Shown here piece after piece: positions 1-13,574 of a stretch of 64,000 nt of DNA (within the stretch, counting starts at the first letter, position 1; each line of letters begins with the position of its first letter). The DNA lies in NCBI RefSeq assembly GCF_037042905.1, contig NC_087249.1, positions 10,542,001 through 10,606,000 of the forward strand, in the 5' to 3' direction. Position numbers and translations under genes: made by a program. This stretch comes from Lytechinus pictus (taxonomy: Eukaryota). Under the pieces are notes generated by a model, which worked only from the letters and a program-made list of their open reading frames with translations, was not told the origin of the DNA and ran no database searches.

Positions 1-593
1 GATGATCGCAAGCCTTTATTTTTTAGTATAGGCCCAATTGTTTTCAAATTTTAGCCAATCGTACGATTGATATGACGTCATACCGAATGATATTCAATTC
101 CCTTTTATTCTAGTACGAATGGTAGCATAGTCGGATGTTTGAACAAAAAGTATTCATACGATGATTTAGAACTTTACATAGTAAGATATTTCATGTTTCA
201 ATATTCGCATCATATTTACTAACTTGTATTTCAAAATCGGATTGCAGCCCATGATGAGAGATTAAACGAAAAGGAAGGACAATATGACAAGCGAAAAAAA
301 AAGATATCTCTCAAAACTGTTTTACGATTGGAATGAGCAAGATATATATATATATAGAGAGAGAGAGAAACCGAGAAGGTTAGTATTAGAATGAAAGGTG
401 ACATTTACTTGAATTCAGTGTACCTTCGACTCGTGGTGAAAGAAAAATATCCATACACCCACCCATGTTACTGGAAAGGATATTGCACAGACCCCAAGAC
501 CTTGGAGCGTGCTCGGTTTAAATCATTCATGTTCCAATGACCCCTGTTATTTTCAGGGTGGTAACCAAAGTGATGTATAACCAACAATATTAA

Positions 594-650
594 AGAAAGA
601 GAGAGAGAGAGAGAGAGAGGGAGGGAGAATGGAGGAGGGGAGAGGGGGAT
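594..650. repeat. (GA)n microsatellite / polypurine tract
   Basis: Run of GA dinucleotides followed by a G-rich purine tract. Confidence 0.85.
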
Positions 651-1739
651 ATGGAGTTAGAAATGGAAACAATTATTCAAGAAACCACCCAACTCGATCG
701 TACCCTAAATAACACGCAGACACAATACAAATCTCAAGACTGTAAATTTATACTGAATAACAACCCCCTTGTCCGAACGATAACGAGCCCCTCGTAAATT
801 TAGCAACTTTTATGAAAGAAAACAGGATAATTCAAAACAAATCAAGATGCCTACCTCGATCCCACATGTGCTTTTATTGCATAATAACTGCAAGCGACTT
901 GGGGTGAGCAACGACAGTCATTGGAAATTTGATTAAAAACTGAAGAAAAGAAAAAGGCTTGTTTACATTTGTCGTTAGATCGAGATTAACAATTTGATGG
1001 TCAATTAAGGGGACTATATTCGAGCCCAATCACTACACAGTTATGTGTGAGGTGGTTTTATTCAAAACAAGTCATGAAGAGGGAGAGAGAGACAGAGACA
1101 GAGGGAAAGAGAAGGTGTGGGGGTAGATATATGGAAGGCCGACAAAGAACATTTTAAATTTCGCGTTCATTCACCAACATAATTACGATATATCCTGTGC
1201 AACATTTGACACCTAAATGTTGATAGCCATTTATTATCAACATTCAAAAGAAAATCGTATAATCATTTATTAGCCCCAAAAAATGTGGTGAGGTAACTGT
1301 ACATGGTAATTGACTATTTCCGTAGGACACATACATTTTACCCAATTGATACATTTATATTGAAAACACGGAAATCTCTTGAAAAGGGGATTGAATTAAA
1401 GACTTGTTAAGGTGATTTTATTGAATTAAGGTAATTTAGTTGAGGGCATTATCTTCATGAGAGCCACGTTACATGCTTTATTTCCTCCAAAGTGTAATTC
1501 ATATTGAAAAATATCATCATCTATTGGGATTGAAATTTAAAAATAAGTATTAAAAAAATGACATATAGCTCTTATGCAAACTAAAAAAAAGAAACTACAC
1601 ATTTTTGGCACATCTACACCAAAAATTTGTTAGATATACTCTAATCATTATTAAAACATATTTCTTTTTGTAATGAATGACAAGTTCTTGTTGTTGGTGC
1701 TAAAGCAATTTGTAATGCAAATGAGGACGATCATCTCTC

Positions 1740-2150
1740 ATCTGAGCAGCATACGGCAGGCGATTGCTGGAAAGATTGACGATGATATCAGGAGCGACGA
1801 CCACCAATAATCGACGGCCATAGGCTGGTCACGTGCAGGAGAATTCAACCAATGAGCGCCCGAGTCCCGCAAAAGGGTTTTTCAACAGAAACGTCTGTCA
1901 GCTAAGTGATTTTGTACGTTTGGTCTTGCCTGTGCGCGCGGTGTGAGAAGAGTGGAGGGACCAACCCCCTCCCTATACATAACCCACGATTCACTGTACG
2001 TGCTAAACTGTATTTTCAATACACTCGACGCATTGAGGTGAATGTGTGTGTATATAATATTGTCCGACCCAATGAGCCTGTTGTATATGTGTTTTGTGGT
2101 GGAAAGTATAGAAAACGGACCCGCTTGAGCGAAGGCGCTGTCACTTTCGA
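1740..2150 (+). promoter_or_regulatory. Probable Isl proximal promoter
   Basis: GC/CpG content rises about 0.5-0.9 kb upstream of the ATG. CCAAT boxes at 1804, 1849 and 2069 (the last two both read CCAATGAGC), E-box GGTCACGTG at 1827-1835, TATA-like TATATAA at 2051 and TATAGAAA at 2107, Inr-like TCACTT at 2141. The TSS cannot be fixed from sequence. Confidence 0.5.
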
Positions 2151-2663
2151 GGGTGATGCTCATGGGTTAAGTAGGCCGGTAGATGCGGGGCTAGATTGTC
2201 GGAGCATCTCGCACGGAACCACCTGAGCACCCGGACAATTTTTTGCATTATCTCCCTCTGCCATCTCCATCTCGCTCTCCGCCACCATCACTACCACTTT
2301 CCTCATCAGTCTGATGTCAGATCGCCAAACAACCACTCCAGCGATAGCATCTCCCCTTCACCAGTAATTGGCTACTTGTTGGTGAAGAGGCTTCACTTCA
2401 ATCGGATTTAACCCACCACCTCTCGGTCTAAACATCGTAAGACTTTTACTTTTCATCCTCGGTGTCTTCGTCATCCCTGATCGGTCGCTGGTCGGCTGCC
2501 GTACCGTAGACCAGACAGACTTGAGCCGCTCCGTAAAGGAGAAGAATTAGGGGATCCAATGCTCATCAACTCTCTCCCCCCTCCTGTCGCACACCCATCT
2601 AAACTGGAGTCAGAAAACACAGTTTCGTCTTTGGATCTAAGGAGATTTTTACCATTCGCCGCC

Positions 2664-2682
2664 ATGGAAGAAATCACGAAAC
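2664..2682 (+). CDS. Isl: Isl coding exon 1 (MEEITK + 1 nt)
   Basis: Perfect Kozak gccgccATGG at 2658-2667, followed by a strong donor C|GTAAGT at 2683. Phase 1 matches the exon 2 acceptor (C+TG = Leu). A short phase-1 first coding exon is also what vertebrate ISL1 has. Confidence 0.85.
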
Positions 2683-3956
2683 GTAAGTCTGTTTTTTTTT
2701 CTTTCACCCGCTTCCACTGGTCCACTCGCACCAATATCTGTTCACTCTTAATTCCTCGTTGCAAAATATCCTGCCTTTGATTTCTCTCCAAATCTTAAAA
2801 CTTCTACCAACATACACTGACCATGTTGAAAGGTACGATCTTGCATGGACCTGTCAGAGTAGTAGGTCCATGGTTCTTGTAAAAAAAATTTTTTCGAGAT
2901 GTAACGTAAATGGACAAATATAAACTGTAGTGCTCAATTTTCAAGCATAATGCTTCTTCAGCAAAATTAATAGAAAACGGGATGTTAGCGTCACTCATAG
3001 CAGAGTCGTGTATGGTTATTTCTTGGAGATAGTTTAATTCAGTATATGATAGTTAAATTGATATTGTTGACTTGGCGCGTGTGGCGAACAGTTGAATAGA
3101 AAAATAGACTTAGAGTTTTGCAATTTGAATATCATTCATCATTTGTCATCTTTAGACCAATATATTTAATAACCAAATGAAATTCTAAAAGAAGAAATGA
3201 TAGCTTAAAGAGGTGCTAAGGATGAGCCCCAAAGCTGCATGCTATTTTATGAATATACCATTATGTTTTTAATTTCACCTTAAGTGGAAGTGATAAAATA
3301 AAACGATGTTTCATTAAGTGAAATAACTACATGATTCTCAGTGTGTCATACTGCAAACATAATGATCTTCAACGGAACTATGATTATAAATTAGATTTTT
3401 CATTTCCAGACAATACGAAGTAAGATCAGTAAAAAAAAAATATATATATTATATATATATAATGATGGCGTCGGTCATCATGACACGGGCATTATTTGAT
3501 ATTTCATATCGTGCTCATCTATTCTGTTTGTACAAGAGAACATCGATTACTGAGGTAGATAAATCGAGAGCAGAGGGCTCAGAACACTGCAAGAGTGCAT
3601 CATCTTATTATCATAATCATGATAATGAACTTACTTTATGACAATGGTGGAGCGAAGCGTGATAAAACGGCCATTAAAATGCATTTTTACGACAGCTCTG
3701 CATGTTACTGACTCACGAACTCCTCAAAATTGTGGGAGTGCATTGTTTATTTTAAATTTTCATTTTACTATATACAAAATGCAAAAGTAATGCAGAACTA
3801 TGTCAAGTCCTTTCCATATTTTGCGATTTGGTTTATTTTTTTATTGATTTTTGTTGTAGAAACAGCATGTTTTATTAGGTAACCGCGTGAATGTTGAACA
3901 TTAAAATGTTGCATATACTAACGCCTTATAATTAATATGACATGAATCCTTTAGAG

Positions 3957-4048
3957 TAATAATAATAATAATAATAATCCACATTTATATAGCGCTTAAC
4001 ACACCGAAACGACGTCTCTAAGCGCTTTACAGATATATTATTACCCCG
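3957..4048 (-). mobile_element. 3' tail remnant of an L2/CR1-group LINE or related SINE
   Basis: Reverse strand reads ...tgtaaagcgcttagagacgtcgtttcggtgtgttaagcgctatataaatgtgg(att)n, a stem-loop plus short-repeat tail typical of L2/CR1 3' ends. A related copy lies at about 37400-37508. Confidence 0.65.
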
Positions 4049-4748
4049 ATCAATCTTCAAAATTCCCTCTCAAATAATAGTCATATAATTGTTTCATTCG
4101 TCTTCATTGACTTGAAAAGCTATATCTCAATAACAAAAATAAATTTGCATAGATGCATATATACCTATATGTCAAAAGTGCTTTATTTTCGTATTTAATT
4201 TCAAGTCCCAAACAACAGAAACTGAAAAAAATTGAACTTACAAAAAGCATGAAGTTTTAAAATGGAAAATGCGAAATTATGCACATGTAGCTTTCTATTA
4301 AGCTCAGACCAAATTTATGACAATGATTTTTAACGGCTTCACAAATGTACCACAGACTTTCATAGATTTTTTAGTATTCTTATCTACCATCTTCGAAATT
4401 TGATGTAAGAGGAATATAATATTGAGATTAAGATATAACAATGAATCAATAATGTTCTCTTTCTTCGGTTGTCAAGTGTCAAAAATGTTGCAAGTCGAGA
4501 GCAAACTTTGCCATAACTAACTATCTAGAAGTACACAAAACAACCTCAAACTGTCCTTACTTATTGCTAAAACAAGTTTGAAAGTCCAAATCAAACATTA
4601 GTCCAACCGCGGTTTTAATATCAATGATACATGCTTGGTACTTAAACATAATTTCAGACAATTGCTTTCTTAATATGATGTTTTTTTACTCACAAAACCC
4701 GAGGCCTGAATCTCTCTCATTCGATCACCTCTATTTTCTTCTTTTTAG

Positions 4749-4947
4749 TGAACTGCAAGCCGCGGCGGGCCTCGTTGTGTGTAGGCTGCGGAGGAAGCAT
4801 ACAGGACCAGTACATCTTGCGGGTTGCACCGGACCTAGAGTGGCACGCAGCTTGCCTCAGGTGCGCCGACTGTAGTACTTATCTCGACGAGACGTGTACA
4901 TGCTTCGTAAGGGACGGCAAACCCTACTGCAAACGGGACTATCTCAG
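4749..4947 (+). CDS. Isl: Isl coding exon 2, LIM domain 1
   Basis: Acceptor tttctttctttttAG-type tract ending at 4748; donor AG|GTGGGT at 4948. Translation [56 protein letters not shown] is a typical Islet LIM1. Confidence 0.97.
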
Positions 4948-7427
4948 GTGGGTTAAGTAAACACTCTACCATCGAAGAAAGTCAAATGTATCAAATGAAT
5001 CATCTATTAATGTATGATTATTGATCTTTGGGAATTGTGGACACGTTTTGATGTTCACGTTTCTGCTGATAAAGTTGACCTAAGTATTTGAATTAGTGAC
5101 AACTTATGCTTGTTGAAATTTTGATCCTCCTCGTATTGGTTATGTAGGCATAGTGTTAAAACTCTTGAGGAACGCCATATTTTTCTCCTCGCTTCCCTTA
5201 AAGTTTCTGTTTATTTCAGTATACTGAAATATCGCACATTTTACCAACAACACATTGTTTGGTGTTTTCATGAAATATTTTAGTCTAATGACAATTATAT
5301 CTCAACAATACTTGATACCATTCTCTCGGCATAGTAAACGTAGTCTTTAACTAAACGTGTATGCATATATATTAACCCTTAAGCTCGCACTCGAAACGAG
5401 ATCAACCACAAATAGCAAACAAACAAAAAACATGAAAACAATTACATTTTGTCTCAAAGGCTTTTAATATCGACGAGTGTCTTGTGGCAGAAATACTTCA
5501 AACCCGCATTTTTAGCAAAAATATCACTGTCGACAATCGTGACAGTGATTTATGGAAACATTTGAGCATTCCAAGACAAAGTACACATTGTATTTATTGT
5601 GAAAAGAAGTGAAAACGTAATTTATAAACTGCTGTAAACTTTCATCTTATTTTCACTTTTTCATAATTTCATGCCATAATTACTAATGTTAAGTGTTATC
5701 ATGGTAATCATATTCGATTTTTTTAATTATTCATTTAACTCAAAACTATGATACACCAATCAAACCCGATACATTACTGTATTTCAATTGAATGGTAAAA
5801 ATATCAATGGTAAACCTACCAACTTCTTAAAATAATTAAGATGATGATGATAATATTAATCAAAACCACATTAAAGTTCGATAATAAAGTACAGACTACC
5901 CACGAATATGACGAATGGCGTCACGAAGTATGCATATTGCTATTTCATGAGAGCTTACCAAATACTCCGATATTCACTAATACGCAAAATGAAATTGTAT
6001 CAGTGATGTTACATGCATTTGTCGGAGCATGCACGATGAAAAATGGGTGTTGAATATATAAAGGAACAATAATTATTGCATTTACCACAACCAATACTAT
6101 GCTTGATTTGTGAAAGGTGTAAGTATGATTTGCCACACCGCCATTTTGTAGTAACATAGACAGGTGTATGAGAAAATTGGGTCTCTTCAATCACTTACAT
6201 CAGCATAAGATAGAACTGCTATCAAAACATGTGGACATCGGTGATTTGATCCCCACCCAAATCGGACACCCCAAATATTAATCGCGAGATGAGGGGGTAA
6301 GATGGGGACAAGAGTGGAGCCCACTTCCACCAACCGTGTGTATTTCTACCGTTGTCCCAGGATGACAGATTGGGTCATTGGTTTATCATCACACACGCAC
6401 AGCCGCCAAATTAGACTTTCTGTGTCCTTCGTATGTGGCGCTCATTAGTTTTTTGGGGGGTTTTCCGCCACGTAATAAAGTACATCGTCATATAATTGTG
6501 AGTGTGTGTGTGTAAGGGTGGGTGTGTATGTGTACAGTACCACCCGTTGGACGACAGACGACCAGCGGGTCGCGTACAACTCCACCCCCCAATATATACC
6601 CTTTGACTTGGCTAAAAATCGAACAGATGTATAGCGCGCTTATCGGGTTTGGGCCATTGGTTATTGTGTGTTCTGTAGGGTAAGAAGAGGCGAGTTTGGC
6701 AGCATACGGGGGACATGGATAGCGACAGTTGGCAAAATAAAGAGCAGGAGGGGGCAAACATACACCACATACACGCGCTCCAAGGGAAAGTGATGTGTGG
6801 GGGAAGAGCCGATAAAAAAATGCTAATTTAATCTGGCCCTGTGGTATGCAAAGATGATTTCAATTAAAATTGTCACTTTAATACTCGTACATCCTTATTT
6901 CAAGAGGAAAATGTAATTTGTATTTTTGTATTAACATGTAACAAAAAACTTATTGACGATAGAATATATTCTATTTTATGTCAATACCCATTCAGAACTT
7001 GCTGAATTGTGTTCCAAAGTGTATTATGAAAAATATATATGATCTTATATCTTCTTGTTTCTTAATTAGAACTTAAACTATACGAATGCCTGCTTTCGAG
7101 TATTTTCAAGAAAACGTCAGATAAGACCAATTGGTTACGTGTTTTTATGCATGTCAGATCATTCAGAGACCTTATTGATCGATTCATTTTCATACCATTT
7201 TATGAAGGGATCAATGATTGACTTCATGCACATTTGAAAATTTGATAATTTTAAATCACATTTTGGGTCATTACTAGTTCGAACAGGACTAAGATTCGGT
7301 CAGTCTTGTATCTTTTTATATGCATGCATAATAGTGACACGCATAAAACGATACATACCCCGTAAATTGACTTTCGTCCACCTTTTGCACAACCATGTCC
7401 ATTTCATAATTATCTTTTTCTACGAAT

Positions 7428-7830
7428 TCAAAGCTAAATGATAGTAGTTGCAGTAAAACACTTATTTCGTGAGAAAGTCTGTAAAACAAAGGTTAAGTAT
7501 GACTATATCATCGTGGATCTAGATCTGGTACAGTTACATAAACTGAGCTTTGTGAAATCATAAAATATAAGCTGAAATACGATCACACTGAAGATCGCCA
7601 ACACAGATAGGCACACGTGGGACAGTGTATTATTATTGCTTGAATAAAGACCCGACGGAAGTGACCGAATCCGCGCTTATTTTGCTTATTTCTCAGCAAT
7701 TACACAATTTCTTCCAGAATCCTTTGGCACATATTTTTTATTCATACAAACAGACACTTGGGTGGTCATTATATTAGATTCTGTAAAAAGTCATTTTGAG
7801 ATCGTTACCAGAACTGGAATTTATCTTTAA
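7428..7830. mobile_element. Non-autonomous DNA transposon (Kolobok-like, TTAA-flanked), about 400 bp
   Basis: Right end ...actggaatttatCT|TTAA (7825-7830); degenerate left end TCAA|AGctaaatgatagt. The imperfect TIR, AG...CT termini and TTAA target fit Kolobok; the family assignment is inference. Confidence 0.6.
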
Positions 7831-10800
7831 GAGTAGGCCAAACTACAACAGTTACCTATCGGTCATGTCGGTATCCTCTTCTACCTCGTTGGTATCGCAC
7901 ATATCGGATGCATATAATTATAGGGTACTTGCCGTTTTCTCTCCATAACCAGTCAAGTGTTGTTGACAAAACCCCTTGCTTTATTTCTCTCTTTTATTCA
8001 GTGCATGCTATCCGCGTCTCGACAAGTCCTTTTGTACCACACATGGCCCAGAGATGACTCAACCGAAATCTTGAAGTCGTTTTCAAGTGCCCCCCCCCAA
8101 GAAAATCTACCTGAAAATACCAAAACAAAAATGAAGTTATAAAAAGTTGTTTTCTTGATGAGAAGATTGCATCTTACCATTCATATTCCTTCAGCAATTC
8201 TAGTCTGAGGCTGAACTACGCAGGTTTTAGTGTAATGGACACCGTTGCTATCATATTGAACATGTAGGTTTAATTAATGTCATTAGGTATAGTTTGATAA
8301 AATGTATTGTCAGGAAGAAATGGGCGGCGTCTACCCAATCAATAGTGATGACTCCCTCATGTATTAAAATATGAGACATATAGTTATCAAAGCATACACT
8401 AAAACATGATAAAACTAGGTAAGAGAGTCATAATTTAAATAGACAATTTGTTCTGAATCGGATCCATTTTTTGGATGATTGTTTGTTATTCCCCTGTAAT
8501 CAGCGTGTAGTCAATGGCTGCAATTTTCACACTACATACTTGATATTAACCCGCTCTTCAGAATTACTCCACTGACAATTCATTGAATTTTTTTATTTAT
8601 TGGTTTGTTTAATTTCTTTCTCAATTTTCAACATAGGCATACAAATCAGATACAGAGAAATAAAATCGGTTATAAACAAAATAAAATGAACAAAATAATG
8701 AGTTTACAGTGGTAAATGTGTAATACCAATACAAACGAAATACAATGAACTCAATCATTTCTTAATTAAACAATTAAACATTTAAATGTTTTATTCATTA
8801 ATGAATTAATTAATCAGAAAAATGGATTTCCGTTGCAAATGTCCATGGTAAATTTTCAAGAATCAGTCCACCCACATCACCATTTCCCTTGAAATAATAC
8901 ACATAATGCATACCGATTAAATTATTCAATATTTCCGATTGACACAAGTTGATTGATCCTTTACAAATCAAGGTTAAACAGGTTGGCGCCTATGCAGATG
9001 TATCATATTTATACTGTTAATTTCACTATGAAATTGTCAAATTTCTGCTTATGGATTTCATCCCTGGGTCATACAATAACCTTGTTCGTTGGAGAACGTT
9101 GTGAAGCTGCATAGGTTTTTAATCGAGAGGATTTAAAGGAATGCCAAGGTTAATATACTGCCAGTGAACCTGATTAAGAAATGTAAAGCTTCTACGCACT
9201 GCGACTAATTAATTAGTCCACCTGGTATCGAATTGTCCTCCTGGGTTTTTTTTTTCTGAAGAGAATTTGATTAGAAAGTGACTATCATTTCAAGGTGTAG
9301 TGAGAAATATTATTGTTGATAATAACTCAAGTCTATGGATGGGAGAATTTGATCATCCAACCGACGATTTTTGATAATGTATATGTCATGTATGTGGTGT
9401 TGCCTTTGTAGCTTATAATATCATTTTAATAATTCTGGAAATTGTATCCTACTAAAATATTCAATACTATGCAAAGTAATGGTTGATGACATTTAGGTCT
9501 TATACCTTTACCCCCACCATGTACCATGTCCACAATGCCTATTACCATGTCAAAATCAAAATCAATTTTCAGATGTTTCCATCGGAGCCATTCCTCGAGT
9601 CAGAATTACAATTCTTCATTCTTTTATGAAATGTAGTGATTAACCTGATAGTGTTTAAGAATGAATAGCAGCTATTGAAAATTCTACATCGAGTGCATGA
9701 CACCGTTTCTTGCTCAGCTCGCAAGATGAACAAATTGTGTGTTTTTACCAACTCCCTTAACAATTAACCTTCAATATCTTGCACTTCTGCTTTTACTCTA
9801 TGACCTTTAACCTCTTAATTCGAGGGATGTCCTTCTTTCACTCTGTCTCCGGATTTCACATGGTGATGTGGAAAGTAGCTCGCAATGGCGGCCCATATAC
9901 ATTGTAACAATCTAATCAGAGCAACCTCGATAAAAAACCCACAAACTACTCAATAGAAAGAAGGACTTGTGGGACGGAGCTGTGACCTAAAAACGAGCTA
10001 CAATAATGGCAAGCGTTTTGTGCATAAATAGCTCGAGTATTTGTTTAGCCGAATTGCCGAGAAAGGCGAGCGGGCCGGAGTCCCGGGAGCGAGGGCGCTG
10101 AACCCCGCTCGATCCATTGATACACGGGCTTTCCTCTCTTCTATAATGTACGGAGATTCCTCAATGGGATGATTTCGTGACGTGAGCACGGGCTGGGCGC
10201 ATATATTCTCCTAGCCCGCGATAAGTCACGGAGATTTTGAGCTCCGGTGAAAAGGCCTACGTGATTTTCATAGAATAAAAAGAAGGCAAATGTTGACCGG
10301 GTATTCCTCCGACTTCTAACAGGCAGGAACAGCAGGGGAGGCGTGAAAGAAATTCATTTGATTTTCTGTCCCCCTACTGTCTGGCTCTCCTTTCAGTCAT
10401 CTTTTCCCTTTATCGTTTCCATGGTGAGAGGTAATCCAGGCGAGTTGGATTGATTAGCCCATGTGGAACACGGAGGGAGCGAGTCAAAATCTTCTTCAAG
10501 TAGGACTCCTTTCCTCTTCCCTTTCCTTCAGCTAAACACACACGAAGAAAATCGTTACCCGCGCTAACTTACAAGCAGACGACAGAAAATTAAACCTCGC
10601 GCGCAAAATGGTCTGTACAAGCCTAGGGTGATACACCGGGATGTAATAAGCGCGTGAATACCTCACAAAGCCGATCAATGCCTTATCCGTGTCTTCTTCC
10701 TCATCCATCCCTTCTATTTCCTCTTCTACATCTTGTTCTCTTTCATCCTTCATCTCATGGGAGACGTTTGCTTGGATGCGAACATGGCTTACCTTCTCAT

Positions 10801-12854
10801 TACCAAGGCGATAAGTGGATATTCGCCGCTTGATTTCAATTCGCGGCAATCTAATTGCGTCCGATTGCAGGCGATCGGCGTGGCAACCCAATCTCTCACC
10901 TAGCTGACAATGCCAAGACCTTGCTAATTAACTCACCTGTATGGCTGTATGAATCCCATCTAGTCTTCTACTTCCAGACCCTTCATTTAAAAAAGTAATT
11001 ATTCCGCCAAAATTGCTGCTTTGTACCGTCTTCTTTAAAAGAATGAATTACGCTACTTCCAGGTCATTGCATTCCATTTGTTTCACCGGTAAATTCAACG
11101 TCCAAGAACAAGCTCATTTCCTGGTGTGCCGTACAAAACTGCTCGCCAAAAATTGGTTGTGTACTATAATTCTATCAATTTGAAAGGTATTCTTATTTCA
11201 CGGACATTTGGTAGGTCCATGCTTCTATCAAATATTTTGTGTGTTTTTTTATTTTAGTAAAACATTTGTCTTAGAACCACAGCTTTATGCATACATCTTT
11301 TCCTTCTCGAAAAAAATACGTAAAATCTTCGAAAAGATATTTTAGTGACAGAGCGAAGCGAATGACCATTTTATTTAAAAAAAAATTAAAAAACAAATAT
11401 GCTCACCATTGGGCTACTCTTTGTAAAATTTTGAAATAAAAAGGTAGGGTTTCAACCTCCGCAGGGCCATGCTAAGTATATTAATAAAAATCAAATTTTA
11501 AGATGATCAATGTGATATATCAGCCTTGTAACATTCCAATTTCCATTTAAAAAGTACCAAGCTTATGCATTATTTATGAGTAGTAAAGGTGTGCATATTT
11601 ACCAAATTCTATTGAATATTTATTCATGATAAGGCAGATAACATTAAACATACCCCACTACATGTATATCCCTTTTACTTCATTAGCGTGGATTGCTTTT
11701 TCCCTTGACTGACTTGAAATGTAAATTTGCAAGCCCTTTGTACCTATTCCTTTGGCAATAAATTAAATTTCCTCGAAATACACCACCCAACCATGGTGAA
11801 ACCGTCATCACCATGCAAACTGCCAGCCGCTGAATAAAACAAACCCCCGAAAATGTAATGTCTGATATCATCGTTCCATAAAATGTGTATACCCAATCAT
11901 GAAGTTGCAAACAAATGAAACAATATCACCCAATTCAAAAGGCTCTGTGTTTGTAATTATACCTCACACGCCCCGTTTATAATTAACCCCCTATTGTCTG
12001 GCAACTTCATTCATCGGCACTTGAATGTAGAGCGATAGTGCGAAAATTAGTTCCGAGTAAATTTTTGTCAAGGACGGACATACGTTTATAATGTATGTCT
12101 ATGCGATTTATCAATAACGCTCGTAATAATTGATCGTATGTTATTTCCAAACCGTATTACGATCGTCATATACGTCATTAGGAATTATGCCAAGTGCTAT
12201 CTCATTTTGTAAATGGTCATTGTATATTCATGGACTAGTCCTGGGGCTTGCATGGTTAATTTCTAACACTTCTAGATATCCAAGCTCCATTGAAGACATG
12301 CAACGCCGGGGCAAGCTCTTTCGAATTTATTGTGTGGGTGTGTGAGTGCGTGTAACTGTTGCAACAATAAGAAAGTATTAATTCACAACCAATGCCGATA
12401 TATCTATCTTCTTATTCAAATCATCAAGACTGAAAGCAGTAGATATGTGTGTGTTTGTGGTCGATGGGTGTGTGCATGTATATATATTTTAAAGGGGGGG
12501 GGCAGAGGTGCATGCGTAAATGCATGTACCCCTTTTCCATATTATATATAAACTATTATCATAAAAGGTTTCATTTCTTCCTGTTTGATTAATTGATATG
12601 GCTTTATCGATGTTTAGTTTGAGATCCAATTTAAAAAAATCATGGAATTTTTTTACTTTTTCGTTAAAATCTCTGTCAAGAATCCACCCCAAGTTGTCAG
12701 TGTTAATTGAATTACCGTTTATACCTCATTCAATATCCTTATGTTTATTACATAGATGACGTGAATTGGTAAAGCCGAGGTAGATTCTATGTATGTTGGT
12801 GGGAAAATAGTATCGTTGCTTATTCGCTAACAATTCTCTTCAATTCAATATTCA

Positions 12855-13230
12855 TACACACTAAGAAATTTTTGAACCCTAAATGAACATTTGTACCAAA
12901 CTTTAAGGGTGTAATCTTACACCTTAGGTGGAAAAGGTGCAAAAATGCACCTTTCTTTTTTTATTTGCACCAAGAAATTCTCGTTTGCTCCCTAAAAGGT
13001 GCACATTTGAACCTTTTGAGGTGCATCGTAATACTTGACATTAAAAATGGTTCTAATTTGAACCCTTATTACATGGTTCTTTTCTGCACCCTATAGGGTG
13101 CTTACTATAACTAATTGCACCCTTAAAGGTGCACAAATGAGCAAAATAACACTGATAAACACTCCTTGGTGTACTGCTATTATACCAATCCCTAGGGTTC
13201 AAATTTGAACCCCATATTTATTAGTGTGTA
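12855..13230. mobile_element. MITE with CAC...GTG termini and TA flanks (EnSpm/CACTA-like)
   Basis: Left TA|CACACTAAGAAAT and right ATTTATTAGTGTG|TA are inverted. The interior is built from repeated palindromes such as ggtgcaaaaatgcacc and gggttcaaatttgaaccc. Confidence 0.75.
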
Positions 13231-13326
13231 GGTAATTCCTATTGGTGATTAGAAAGGAATGACTGTGTAGACCCAAGTCCTTCAATTTTTACATTTGATA
13301 TTTTTCTTGTTGTTTTTTTACCGTAG

Positions 13327-13574
13327 GTTATTTGGTACAAAGTGTGCGAAGTGTGCTCAAGGATTCACCAAGAATGACTTCGTGATGCGAGCGCGGAATA
13401 AGATCTACCACATAGACTGTTTTCGTTGTGTGGCTTGCAGCAGACAGCTTATTCCTGGGGACGAGTTTGCGCTCAGAGAAGACGGTCTATTTTGCAAGGC
13501 AGACCATGAGGTGATGGAGAGGCCTGGGGACAGGGACCAAGCACCTAATGTCAACCATAGAAATTATATTAATG
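13327..13574 (+). CDS. Isl: Isl coding exon 3, LIM domain 2
   Basis: Acceptor ttttttaccgtAG ending at 13326; donor G|GTGAGT at 13575. Translation [60 protein letters not shown] is Islet LIM2. Confidence 0.97.

Noticed and set aside
2223..2240. RE1/NRSE-like motif tgagcacccggacaa in the 5' region
   Set aside because: Half-site spacing and several bases deviate from the RE1 consensus; not supportable.
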